Source: Ginkgo biloba (taxonomy: Eukaryota > Plantae > Ginkgophyta). Taken from it: a DNA stretch of 23,182 nt. Below are positions 12,890 to 22,995 of this stretch, piece by piece. The position numbers were made by a program, and so were the translations under genes. Below the pieces are notes generated by a model. The model was not told the origin of the DNA. It was given only the letters and a program-made list of their open reading frames with translations, and did not search any database. The stretch lies in assembly GCA_024626585.2 (NCBI GenBank), contig JANKJI020000002.1, forward strand, positions 202,589,984 to 202,613,165. Direction: 5' to 3'. Numbering within the stretch: position 1 is the first letter of the stretch; the number at the start of each line of letters is the position of its first letter.

Positions 12890-15830
12890 AAGTTTATATC
12901 TAAAGAAATATGAGCCTTGGAGATTCGAAGGGTGAGATCAAAAAAGTGGACTGATAAATTGAATCTTAAAGAAAGAAAGAACATTCGATCAAAAAATGTA
13001 TAAGTAAATAAAAACCTATAGGGTAAATCTGAGTAGTGGTAGCAATACCCTCATTAATTTTTTGATGACATGTTCTTTCTTGATTAGAAAACCAAATGAG
13101 AGATCATTTGAGAGACCTAGGCTAATCAAAAAAATAGTGGGCGATACAGTGTTTCATCAAGACTATCTAGGCCTTCACAAAAAATTGAAATAAGTCCTAA
13201 AAAGAGTCAAAACATTTTAAAGAATCGCAGTAAGAAAAAGGATTCTCTAAGATCTTCCAAGGAGGTATACAATGTGAAAATAAGGAATTCACTAGAGTTA
13301 AAAAAATCAGCAAGCCATATAGAGAAAATTTTGGATTCTTTGAGACATCTCAATATACAAGATGGATCCACCAAAATCTTATTAAAATTTTGGGAAGAAA
13401 AACTTAAATCTCTTAATTTAGCATCAAGTGTTGTAGAAACTAGTCTGGGAGTGAGAGAAAGAAAATTATATGTTCAAAGAAGTGAGGGAAGACTAGAAGA
13501 ATTTAGAAGAACTTGGATTGTAATAAGCTCTCTAATTCTTACTACCAAGGAACCCAGAAGTAAGAAGGAGATGGATGCTTAAAGATAAAATGATGNNNNN
13601 NNNNNNNNNNNNNNNNNNNNNNNNNNNNNNNNNNNNNNNNNNNNNNNNNNNNNNNNNNNNNNNNNNNNNNNNNNNNNNNNNNNNNNNNNNNNNNNGGTAT
13701 AAATATAGGAGAACCCCACAAACTTGGCTTAAGTAAAATAAGAGGTAAAACCTTTATGCCTACTGATAAATCATGTGGGAGAATTAGCTCCATGTCTGTG
13801 CTCTTAGATACTCCCTTCTCTTTGGAAATAGTGGTAGTGGATGGAAGGGATGGTGATGTGGAAAGATAAGGGAGGGGAAAATATATAGAGGGAATAGGAG
13901 TACCTACCTCAGTAGTGAGGAGGGTGCTTTATGAAAAATAGGTGAAAGGAGATGTGGTAGAGAGGACTGGAGCTAAAATGATGGAGGAAGATAGAATGGG
14001 ATAAATATGGATAGGAAATAGTGGGGTTGTAGGTGGAATGGTTACAAGAGAGGATATAACAGGTGTGGTAGTATAAGTCTAGTGGAAAAATATTCTAAAA
14101 TAAGTAGAGGTACTTCTACATATAAGTGATAGGGAAAAAAGTTATGAGAGGGGAGTAGGAGATGATGAGAGGGATGGAGCAGTGGATGAAAGCACACCTC
14201 CTTGTGGAGGAATTTTAAGAATAGAAGTAGTGGTAATATTTGATTTAATAACAATATTGGGTCCTACTATAAATGGATCTATAATGCCTAAATCAAAATC
14301 TAATGTAGTAAGGGAAGAAGGAGTACTAACCATAGCAGCAATAGTTATTGAAGGTAGTTGAACCTTAAGTGATCTAGTTGGAAGATTGCTTAGCAATTTT
14401 TTCTTTATGACTTCATCAATTTCCTCTGTCTCATCATCTCCTATATGGGATTGAGGTGAAGTGCCTTGGGAATATTGAGTCTTACCTTTCTTTATCTCTA
14501 CCTCCTCCTAACGTTTAGGGAACAAGTAATACCAATCATCTTCTAAGGTTTGATGATAGTAGGCTACCCCAATATTATCTTGAATGTATGCCAAGTGTCG
14601 CATTACCTTGTCATAAGGGTCCCAATATCTCAAGACTCCTTTAGCTAATAAATTCATTATTTCTGTATCCTTGGAAAAATTCTCTAGCATAGGCCAATTC
14701 TAGAATTAGATATCCCCTATGTTAAATGGGAGGTAGGGATTGGGTCTCTAGTTCACCATCTTACATTTACTTGCCACACCATAGAAACATTGTCTAGCCA
14801 CCTCCAAAGAAATCACCCTGTTGGGAACATAAGGTGGTAATGTAGTAGGCGAGATGAGGGCTCCTTATACTCTTATAATGGTGGCATCTTTGAAATACCA
14901 CCATGTTCTGATTGAGTTTAAATCCTTCCTCACTGCCTCAGACACTCTAGGCATGTTAATCTTGTGTATAGCTCTATAGATGGGGGGATAAAAATAAGTC
15001 CAAATTGAAATGATATGGTTATGATATTTATGCACTTAGAGTGCCCCAAATAACACATGGATAGGAGAATTAGATGCATGTGTCCATGCAGGAAATAATG
15101 GGTGATTAAATTCTAAATAAGCACAACATGCATATATAATATAAGAGGCCATAAAGAAATCCTTCCCTTGTTGAGAGTTCTCCTAATTAGTGTGTAGGTT
15201 AAAGGTGAGGAGATCTGAGACATCTGGCTTCCTATCATTCATAGTAATTTCCCCTAATAGAGGCACCCAATACTGGTTCATATGGTCAGTGTTAGTTTTA
15301 CCATACAATATATTTAATAATAGCATCCCAATTCTAACTCCCCTCTTGAATTATGAAATAGGGAAGTCCAAATTTGCTCTCTTCTTGAAGGTGCCAAGAT
15401 TAATGGCCAAAGTCTTAAGATTGTCTTCACAATGTCTTTTCCCTTTAGAAATGCCTTGGCCAAATCTACATTATTGACCATATTAGATTGTCATTTTACA
15501 TAGTTCAAAAAATATTGACCCACTTATAATAGCCATGTTTCCTATGGGAGAGGATAGAATTCCCTATTCTAAAGTGAAATTAGCCAGGGCTTTAGAGAAA
15601 AGGTCTTTACAGGGAAATATCTCTGGTTTGATAACTATCTTATGCAGGACCGTGACTTTGATAGACATAAGGTCATTTATATATTCTGCATCGTCTTCTT
15701 CGGCAAAAAGACTCTTTGTATTTTCTACCTCATAGTATATGTTGTTGTAATTCTTTAATTTTTTATCAACTAAGCACTCCCATCTGATATACATATCTAT
15801 GAATTATAGCTTGAATAAAGTAGTAATCTC
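12890..15830 (-). pseudogene. Long antisense accessory ORF of the LTR element (unknown function; pseudogenised)
   Basis: Track ORFs 15564-15794, 14508-14690 and 14142-14396 share one frame and read through point stops: MYIRWECL..PEIFPC..LLNILYGK..WVPLL..DFFMASYIIY..MPRVSE..WWYFKDATIIRV*GA..LPPYVPNRVISLEVARQ..YWDPY. A Ser/Thr/Pro-rich linker follows (~14400-13800). After a gap there is a Leu/Ser/Phe-rich, mostly open segment (~13590-13090). Both ends are approximate. Confidence 0.8.
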
Positions 15831-16149
15831 AATGAATTTTTGGGATATTAGGATTGAATTTTGATTCTCTACTTGTCCAAGAGAGTATGAGAAGCTCAAA
15901 ACACTACAAATGTGTAACTCTGTGTTCAGTGAGAATTTAAGACTTGCGATAATTCTTACAGGGGACTCTAGATCAATAACACTTCTATTGTAAATGCTCT
16001 TCGCCTGCTACACTGCTTCCACCCTTAACTCAAATTTTGACTATTCTTAAAAATAGTATAGATCAAGCTCCTTTATGCAATCTTAATGGCAATAAATTTG
16101 TAATTTCGAGAGTGGAGTGGCCTTGGCTAATTTTTTTTAATATTGGCCT

Positions 16150-17060
16150 TACACGTGGCAAATAATCATAGAGTTAGGGTCACAAAGGTCTTGATAAATT
16201 GAACCTTCCCTTTATTGTTCTACTAAACAACCCTAAAGAGATTCAAGATTGAGACACATGGCTACATCTTGCAACATCTAGTCTCAAAGGGATTGTGATA
16301 AGGTTATTTTAACCATTCTTCTTGTAATCCCATGAATGCATAAGTTTGGGACATGTGGCATGATCTCGAATACCCTAGCCTCATAGTCTTTTATAGCCAT
16401 GCTACCTTATCCTTCTCTCCATGTGAGCCTAAGAACATCTAGGATTCACACACATGATGTGATCTCAAATCATCTGAACTCATAGCCTTTTGATATTTCC
16501 CTTTTTCCTCTACTACTTGAGATGTCTATGGGTTCTCAATATTTGAACATGTGGCTATCTATTGTGGTTCCAAGGCTCGAGTCACATCTCAAAGTTTCTC
16601 CAAAGTTTTTTAATGTTGTGGGAAGAGTATTCATGATATATTTCCAGGTGGCATGATCTCATGGCATTTAGACTTGTCATCTTTTGCATTTGCATTTTCC
16701 TTTATTATCCTTCATATCTATGAATGACTGATATTTGGATATGTTTTTTCATCCCATGAATCTTCAAACCCACAACCTTTTGTAGCACTATACCCTTCAC
16801 TTGATCTTCCCTTGGGTTTATGAGATTTGGAAATGTGGCTTCATCTTGTGCTTTCAAGGTACGCATCACTTACCAAAATCTATCCAACAACTACTGCAGG
16901 GGATATGTCACAAGATCTTTCCATGTGATTCAATATCAAAACATTTGAGCTTGTAACCCATTTTCCAAGTGTATTTCTATATTTCCAACTATAGCAAGGG
17001 AGGAGTTAACTGGATTGTTCCACATGGTGTGATCCTATAATCTGCACAAGGCCTTCATAA
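16150..17060. repeat. Degenerate tandem array, ~97-bp period, ~10 units, CACGTGGC-derived core
   Basis: Cores at 16152 CACGTGGC, 16255 CACATGGC, 16352 CATGTGGC, 16451 CACATGAT, 16548 CATGTGGC, 16645 CAGGTGGC, 16740 (weak), 16832 AATGTGGC, 16922 CATGTGAT and 17021 CACATGGT. Spacings are 90-103 bp, and cores are often followed by (A/G)TGATCTC. Confidence 0.8.
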
Positions 17061-17468
17061 AACTTGTTAAAATAATATTTATANNNNNNNNNNNNNNNNN
17101 NNNNNNNNNNNNNNNNNNNNNNNNNNNNNNNNNNNNNNNNNNNNNNNNNNNNNNNNNNNNNNNNNNNNNNNNNNNNNNNNNNNNNNNNNNNNNNNNNNNN
17201 NNNNNNNNNNNNNNNCTTCATCATATTTATGTCAAAATATTTATTTTTAATGAAAACTCGACAACACAAGGTGTTGCAGAACCTTCAAGTCATTTCTAGA
17301 GGGTGAAAGAATAGAGGACTAGAATTCTCTCAAACTTGAAGGCTAAGATGAAAATTTTTAAAATCTATAAGTAAATCTCAAGTGGTCAATGGCATGAAAA
17401 CATGAATAGGATCCTCACACTGCTTGCGATACTCTAAAATACAAACTCACATTTTATTAGTTTTATCA

Positions 17469-18121
17469 ATGCCCAAATGCTTTAAAATTCTTTAAAAAGG
17501 GGGGGTCCCAAATTTACGAGAAAAGTCAGGGTGTGTTGGTAACAACAATCCTAATTTATTACAAGAAGCTCTGTATGAGATACACAAAAATACTAGGATA
17601 TGGGAGGATCCATTGGGAGATATCCTTCAATCATTTACTAATATTAATAACTACTATCTTCAATAATTTGGGGAAGCTTCAACATATGTGGAAAACTAAG
17701 GGCTTTAGTGGTGGAGTGGCATTCCCAAAAGAAGCAGTTGTGGAATCAAGTTGTAGAGTTTATTGAGAGGAGAACTAATGAATTGGAAAAATATGCTTTA
17801 TTAATTTCCTGGTAACCATGGAGGCTCAAAGTTTATTCAAATTACATATATAGATTAGATGCAATGGCAAACAAAATCAAAGTAATTGGTTCCAACTAGA
17901 TTGGAACTCTATACTATCCTGGCATAAATTTATAGCCTTTTATAAAAAATGGTGGGGAACCTAATCCAACCAATCAAGAGAAAATATGGTTAGGGGTTCC
18001 TCATAACATTGAGGCTACATAGGAAGAGCTTCCTAGAGGGTGTAATATTTAGAAAGTTATGTATCATGAATCCTTAATCCAACAAGAAAGATGAGTCCAA
18101 TCATATGATAGTCAGAGGTAA
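17469..18121 (+). pseudogene. Sense-strand accessory ORF remnant just upstream of the PPT (unknown function)
   Basis: From ATG 17469: MPKCFKIL*KGGVPNLREKSGCVGNNNPNLLQEALYEIHKNTRIWEDPLGDILQSF. After one frameshift near 17692: KLRALVVEWHSQKKQLWNQVVEFIERRTNELEKYALL...IWLGVPHNIEAT*EELPRG...SQR*. The composition is protein-like, and most stops are explicable by single transitions. Confidence 0.55.
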
Positions 18122-18148
18122 CCTATCCCACTGAGGACAACATAAGAC

Positions 18149-18162
18149 AAGTAGGGGGGAAA
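18149..18162 (+). other. Polypurine tract
   Basis: CTGAGGACAACATAAGACAAGTAGGGGGGAAA directly precedes TGATAAG of the 3' LTR. The GAGGACAA...AAGTxGGGG context is typical of Athila-like Gypsy elements. Confidence 0.85.
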
Positions 18163-18943
18163 TGATAAGCGATTGATTTTATTATAATAATTTGGTGGTT
18201 TATCAATCCTAACATTGGAGTACACTAACAAAGGGATATGACTTGAGAATCATATTAGTATAGAAATAGTCCTATTGATAGTTCTAATTTATATCTTTGT
18301 ATTCTTTCTTATGATACATGTATAAATGACCTACGTAAGTGATTGGGTTCATTTTTACTTTCCAATTATTTAGTGACTAAAACCTATAAGTCATTGGTAC
18401 ATAATGTATTTTCTAGTCACTATATGACTAGGATGACTGTTATGTATTTTTACAGTTATAATATAACTACTAACTATTTTGATTAGTTACAAACAATTAG
18501 ATAGATATGATCAAAATATGTATATATACTTTATGCATGAAATAAGAAAGTAGATAGGTTTGGTTATATAAGACCATTATAGAGTTATTAGCATTTACAA
18601 AAGGGCACCTGTTAACTCTAATAACTGTTGGATGTACCCATAGATAGGATTTATTCTATGCATTTGATAATTTATTATTATTTCTATTCTTGAAGATGTA
18701 GGTTCACAATAGCAGAATTATAATAGCTTTAGTAGTTATATTATTTCTTTCATTCATAGACATTCATATTCACTAAGTGATTAATGCTTTATTCTTTCAA
18801 ATTTAAAGTTCTTGATCACCGTACGCTTAGGAATTTCTATCTTATGAACTTACTAGTGGAGTTAGGTTTTCTTCCTCCACCACTATAAGTTAATGATCCC
18901 CCTCATTAACATTTCATGGTTATTTATTGAAATGAAACCACCA
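18163..18943 (+). repeat. 3' LTR
   Basis: TG...CA termini; direct repeat of 11991-12753; preceded by the PPT and followed by the TSD copy ATTAT. Confidence 0.93.
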
Positions 18944-19100
18944 ATTATAAGTTGTGTGATTTATGAAATAACATCAATAGATAAAGAATTACTTATGGTA
19001 GTTTTAGGAGGATGTAATATTGTTGGATCAATATGGATTTACAAGAGTATCCACAATAAATATCAAAGAAGCTTTATCAAAGTTGCTAATGCTTGATGGC
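18944..19100 (+). pseudogene. Degenerate Ty1/Copia RT N-terminus, right part
   Basis: YEITSIDK...GCNIVGSIWIYKS resembles Copia EIxSIEKN.TW...GxxxIGxKWIYK. Confidence 0.55.
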
Positions 19101-19289
19101 TTCAAAAATGAAGAAATATATATTTATACTAATTTTGGGATGATAGAGGGGTAACATATGATAATATAAAATAGAGATATTGTAACAAATCTTAGAGGAT
19201 GTTTTATTTTCATGCACACATCAATACACCTAATCCATTAAGAAGTTTTTTAAATTTTCTCTAGTAAGCTTTTACTAACGGGTCATTAT

Positions 19290-20800
19290 TCCTCTAGAAA
19301 TGATATATGGGGCCCCAGAAGGTTCCCTATCCATCCTAGATCCTTTAATTCTATTATGGACCCTTCAAAATATGGATCACTAGATGATTTAATATCCTTA
19401 GTTACAAAGGATGGTAAATAGAAACCTTCTACCTCCTCATTGGTAAATGGATGCGTCAAGTGAACCACCTTAGTTCCCTCTCTCTAGATCAACCCTTCTA
19501 AAGAAAAGTCAATTATTATCAAGCTCCAATATTGTTCTTTGATTTTTAATTTCATGGGATTATGGATGAATTCAAAATCATTGCATGATTGGATCTCTCA
19601 AAACTAGAAACTAAAAATAAAAGGTGAGGTCAAAACCATTATGTATGATAGAGGTTACTTTATTTTGGTTTTTGAATCAGAACAAGATAAAAATATCATT
19701 TTTAAAGGGGGACCTTAGTTTATAAATAGAGAAGGTCTCTTCTTAAAGTATTGGTCCATTAGTTTTGACCCAACCAAAGAATCTATCTCCTCTGTCCCTA
19801 TCTGGGTGTCCCTCCTCTTTTTACCAAGTGAATTCTGGGAAGATTCTATTCTAGAGGATATAAAAAAACCTTCTTATTAAATTTGTAAAAGTTTCAGAGA
19901 TGAGAAAATAAAGAAAATTTGAATATATCAGTGAATGCGGCATTATTTGTGATAGATCTCAAAATGCTCTATACAATAGTTCTAATTAGAAGAGGTTGCC
20001 TTGGAAGGCCCCAATAAAGTTGTACAACCATGATTGGACAATTAGGTTGCCTTAGGAGTTCAATCAAGTAGTCGAAATTGGCCCAAAATTCAAACTAGAC
20101 TCATTTGGGGTTGGCCTAAANNNNNNNNNNNNNNNNNNNNNNNNNNNNNNNNNNNNNNNNNNNNNNNNNNNNNNNNNNNNNNNNNNNNNNNNNNNNNNNN
20201 NNNNNNNNNNNNNNNNNNNNATATGGTCATCTAGCCAAATTTTTTCATACAACCCCCTCAAGACAGTAAGTTTTACATCCTTGAAAATCCATCAAAATCT
20301 ATCAACCAAGGTAAAATAGGAACAAAATTCTCAAGGACAAAGTCCTCCAACCTCCCTCCAATATCTACTACCCACACCCCGGTGAAGAATTATTTTTAAT
20401 TTTTATCCCAATAGGAAATTTAAGTTTCCTCCCTAGTGGAATCCCCTATTCTAGTTCATCTTGAGAACTTTCCCTCTTCCAATGCCACTCCACCAACCCA
20501 AAAGCTCTTATTGTCCAAAATGTAGTGAATTTGGCAAAGGACATCAATCAACAAAAAGAGGATAGAATTGATAGGGACCTAAACATAAGATATTATTCCC
20601 CTTAGATCAATTGGGGAGAAGAGATCATAATCACACTTGGGCTAGGGTCCCCAGATATTATATTGATGGTAACCATGAAGAATTTGAAGAAAGGAAGGAA
20701 GCCTAAAATGCAAGTCAGAGATGAAAAAACCCAATATGATATTCATGAGGGGAAATAATATCTATTAGGAGGATAAAAACTAATAATAATATCTAAAAAA
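19290..20800 (+). pseudogene. LINE ORF1 (DUF4283 / zf-CCHC)
   Basis: SLIFNFMGLW..SLHDWISQN*K..RGYFILVFESEQDKNIIFKGGP*FINREGLFLKYWSISFDPTKESISSVPIWVSLLFLPSEFW (~19530-19850); YGHLAK at ~20222. The start is approximate. Confidence 0.9.
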
Positions 20801-20811
20801 GTCCCTCGGTT

Positions 20812-22075
20812 ATAATTATTCTATCATGTAATAGAATGGGTCTAGGCTCTAACTCCAAAAAAAGAGTCTTGAAAAGAAAGATTCAAGAAAATAGACCAGA
20901 TAAGATGCTCATTCAAGAAACAAAAGTAGATGATAACACCATGTTAAGTGTAGAAGGAAATATTTGGAAGGATGTTATTTACACAACAATCATCTCTAAA
21001 GGTCATTCGAGTGTACTAGCCACCCTATGGGACCCCAAACTCTTATCTTTGATCTAGGAAGTTAAAAATGACCAATGGATAAGAAGCTCCTTTTTAATCC
21101 CCCATTCAGGAATCACCTTCAATTTGATAATTTTTTATAATGACTCCTCTACCCACCTTAAGAGGATTTATTTGGAATCAATTGATAAGGATAAAATAAA
21201 TAATAATCTAGAAAACTAGATAATAAGTGGTGATATGAACCTGGTTCTCCACCTATTGGGAAAAAGGCAATACTAGAGATTTGAATCCATCTAAAATATT
21301 ATTGGAAAATGTCATGGATAATAGATTACTACAATATATCATCCCTATAGTAATAACCTATACTTAGAATAATATAATAATGGGGGAATCAATGATCATT
21401 GAAAGGTTAGATAGATTTCTAGTCTCTAATAGGTTTCTTGGGAAAGACCTCATTATCCAATCAAGAATCTTAAAAGTATCTTTATCTAACCACTGGCCAA
21501 TATCCCTAGAATTGATTAGAGCCTATCCTCCTAAGAATATTCCCTTTAAATTATTTACCTTTTGGGCCAATCATCCTAACTTTTACTCTATGATATAGAT
21601 TTGGTGGAAAGAACATGAAGTCACAGGATCAAAGATGTACACATTTTCTCTAAAGATTAAATTTTTCTTCTAAGAAAAAATACAATTAGAGGGGAACCCA
21701 TCCATTTTAAAAAATATTATATCATCTAAAAACTACACAGAGGATAATCTGAAGGAGGAAAAATACATAGAAGAAAAATTGAATTCTTTATATGCCTAAG
21801 AATAATCTGACTTGGCAACCAAATATAGAGCTACTTGGTTGAAAAAAGGGGATAGGAATTAATATTTCTTCCATAAATAAGCTCAAGAAAGGAAGTAGAT
21901 AAATTACATAGGAAAAATAATCAGGGAGGATGGTCTCGTCCTCTCTTCCCAAGATGAAATAAAAGAAGAAGCATTGACTTATTTTAAAATTTTGATCACA
22001 GAACCAAATGTGGTTAGTGAAATAATTTAATACAATCTCCTTAATAGCATCCCTACTATCCTTTCTTAAGACCAA
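20812..22075 (+). pseudogene. LINE ORF2 N-terminal part (APE endonuclease plus linker)
   Basis: IIILSCNRMGLG (cf. MxILSWNxRGL), LIQETK, GDMN, ERLDRFLVS, SNHWPISL, PFKLFTFWANHPNF, RATWLKKGDRN, IKEEALTYFK, LLNSIPTILS*DQ. Confidence 0.95.
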
Positions 22076-22083
22076 GTACCATA

Positions 22084-22990
22084 TATTGAGTTTGATTTGT
22101 ATCTCAATGGGTCATTCAAAATCTCCCAATGAAAATAAATATGGATTATTGATTTAATTAATTTGCTTCAATAAACAAATAAATATGTTGTGTCTAACTT
22201 ATGCATGTAGTTCCATTTGCTTTAATTTAAAAACTCAAGAATAAAGAAATTTTAAACACACACATAAATTTTACACAGAGATAACAAGATTTTTAATTGG
22301 GAAAACCCTCATGGGGAATAAAACTCTGGATTGATGTTAAAATGTTATTTCAATAAGATATTACAATTCAATGCTTTTTCCTTTGGTTTTGAGATGCAAG
22401 TCCTAGGGATTTGCATAGAAAATCATAACTAAATAATGGTGTGAATTTTTCTCTTCACCAAGGATTCCTTCACACTCTCTGGTTCTCTTATCTTGTTTCT
22501 AATAAAACACTCGCCTTATATATTTGAGTTCTCTCTTGCTTACTTCTCACTTATGGATTCTTCCTTCTCTTTCTCTTCTAAATGTCTCCCTCTGTCTCTT
22601 GGCCTTCTTTGGTCCCGTTTAGTTTTGATAACTGTCCAGGAAGTTGAACCATTTTTATTTTAATAACTAACTTTTTTATTTATTTTTCCATCACTTTTAA
22701 TATTTTTAATCTTTAAAATCCTAAAACTGTGTTTAAATCTCTTTCGGGTCCATTCAATGGGAGGTTTTGGAGAAGTGTTGGGTGTCCTCACTGTCAGAAT
22801 CCTGATCTCCCAATCTATTTCCACTTTTCCCCTTTATTTATGCAATTTTAAGTTACGGACTTCAAATATCTTAAAAATTATTTTGTATAGAATTTTGGTT
22901 CCACGAGAGTCAAGTGAGGTGCGCCTTCACTCGGGTGGTCAAAATGCCTGATAGTAATATGCCAAAAGCCCGATAAGTAAATTTTCAATA
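22084..22990. mobile_element. Probable solo LTR (907 bp)
   Basis: Inverted termini TATTGA...TCAATA (interpreted as deaminated TGTTGA...TCAACA). Flanks CCATA (22079-22083) and CTATA (22991-22995) match 4/5. Internal GGGAAAACCC and pyrimidine-rich tracts are common in reverse-oriented LTRs. No PBS or PPT is adjacent. Confidence 0.6.
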
Positions 22991-22995
22991 CTATA

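Larger units (their letters stand above)
11991..18943 (+). mobile_element. Complete LTR retroelement (Athila/Tat-like by PBS and PPT), apparently lacking gag-pol
   Basis: Two direct repeats at 11991-12753 and 18163-18943, with termini TA(=TG)ATAAG...CCATCA and TGATAAG...CCACCA. Flanks GTTAT (11986-11990) and ATTAT (18944-18948) match 4/5 as a TSD. A PBS follows the left LTR and a PPT precedes the right LTR. Confidence 0.92.
19290..22075 (+). mobile_element. L1-clade LINE, degenerate; homology ends before the RT domain
   Basis: ORF1 (DUF4283 plus zinc knuckle) is followed directly by ORF2 (APE endonuclease and linker). Confidence 0.95.

Noticed and set aside
15190-15735. Plus-strand ORFs 15190-15477 and 15535-15735
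   Set aside because: Shadow frames of the minus-strand accessory ORF.
16150-17060. CRISPR-like regularly spaced repeat
   Set aside because: Units are degenerate and similar along their length, with a higher-order structure. There are no identical repeats with unique spacers and no cas genes, and the context is a eukaryotic retroelement.
17533-17766. Track ORF MLVTTILIYY...
   Set aside because: The more protein-like reading uses the two other plus frames; this frame appears open by chance.
19286-22075. Minus-strand ORFs 19286-19468 and 21788-22075
   Set aside because: They are antisense to clear LINE ORF1/ORF2 coding sequence.
22757-22951. 64-aa ORF
   Set aside because: It lies inside the putative solo LTR and has no recognisable motif.
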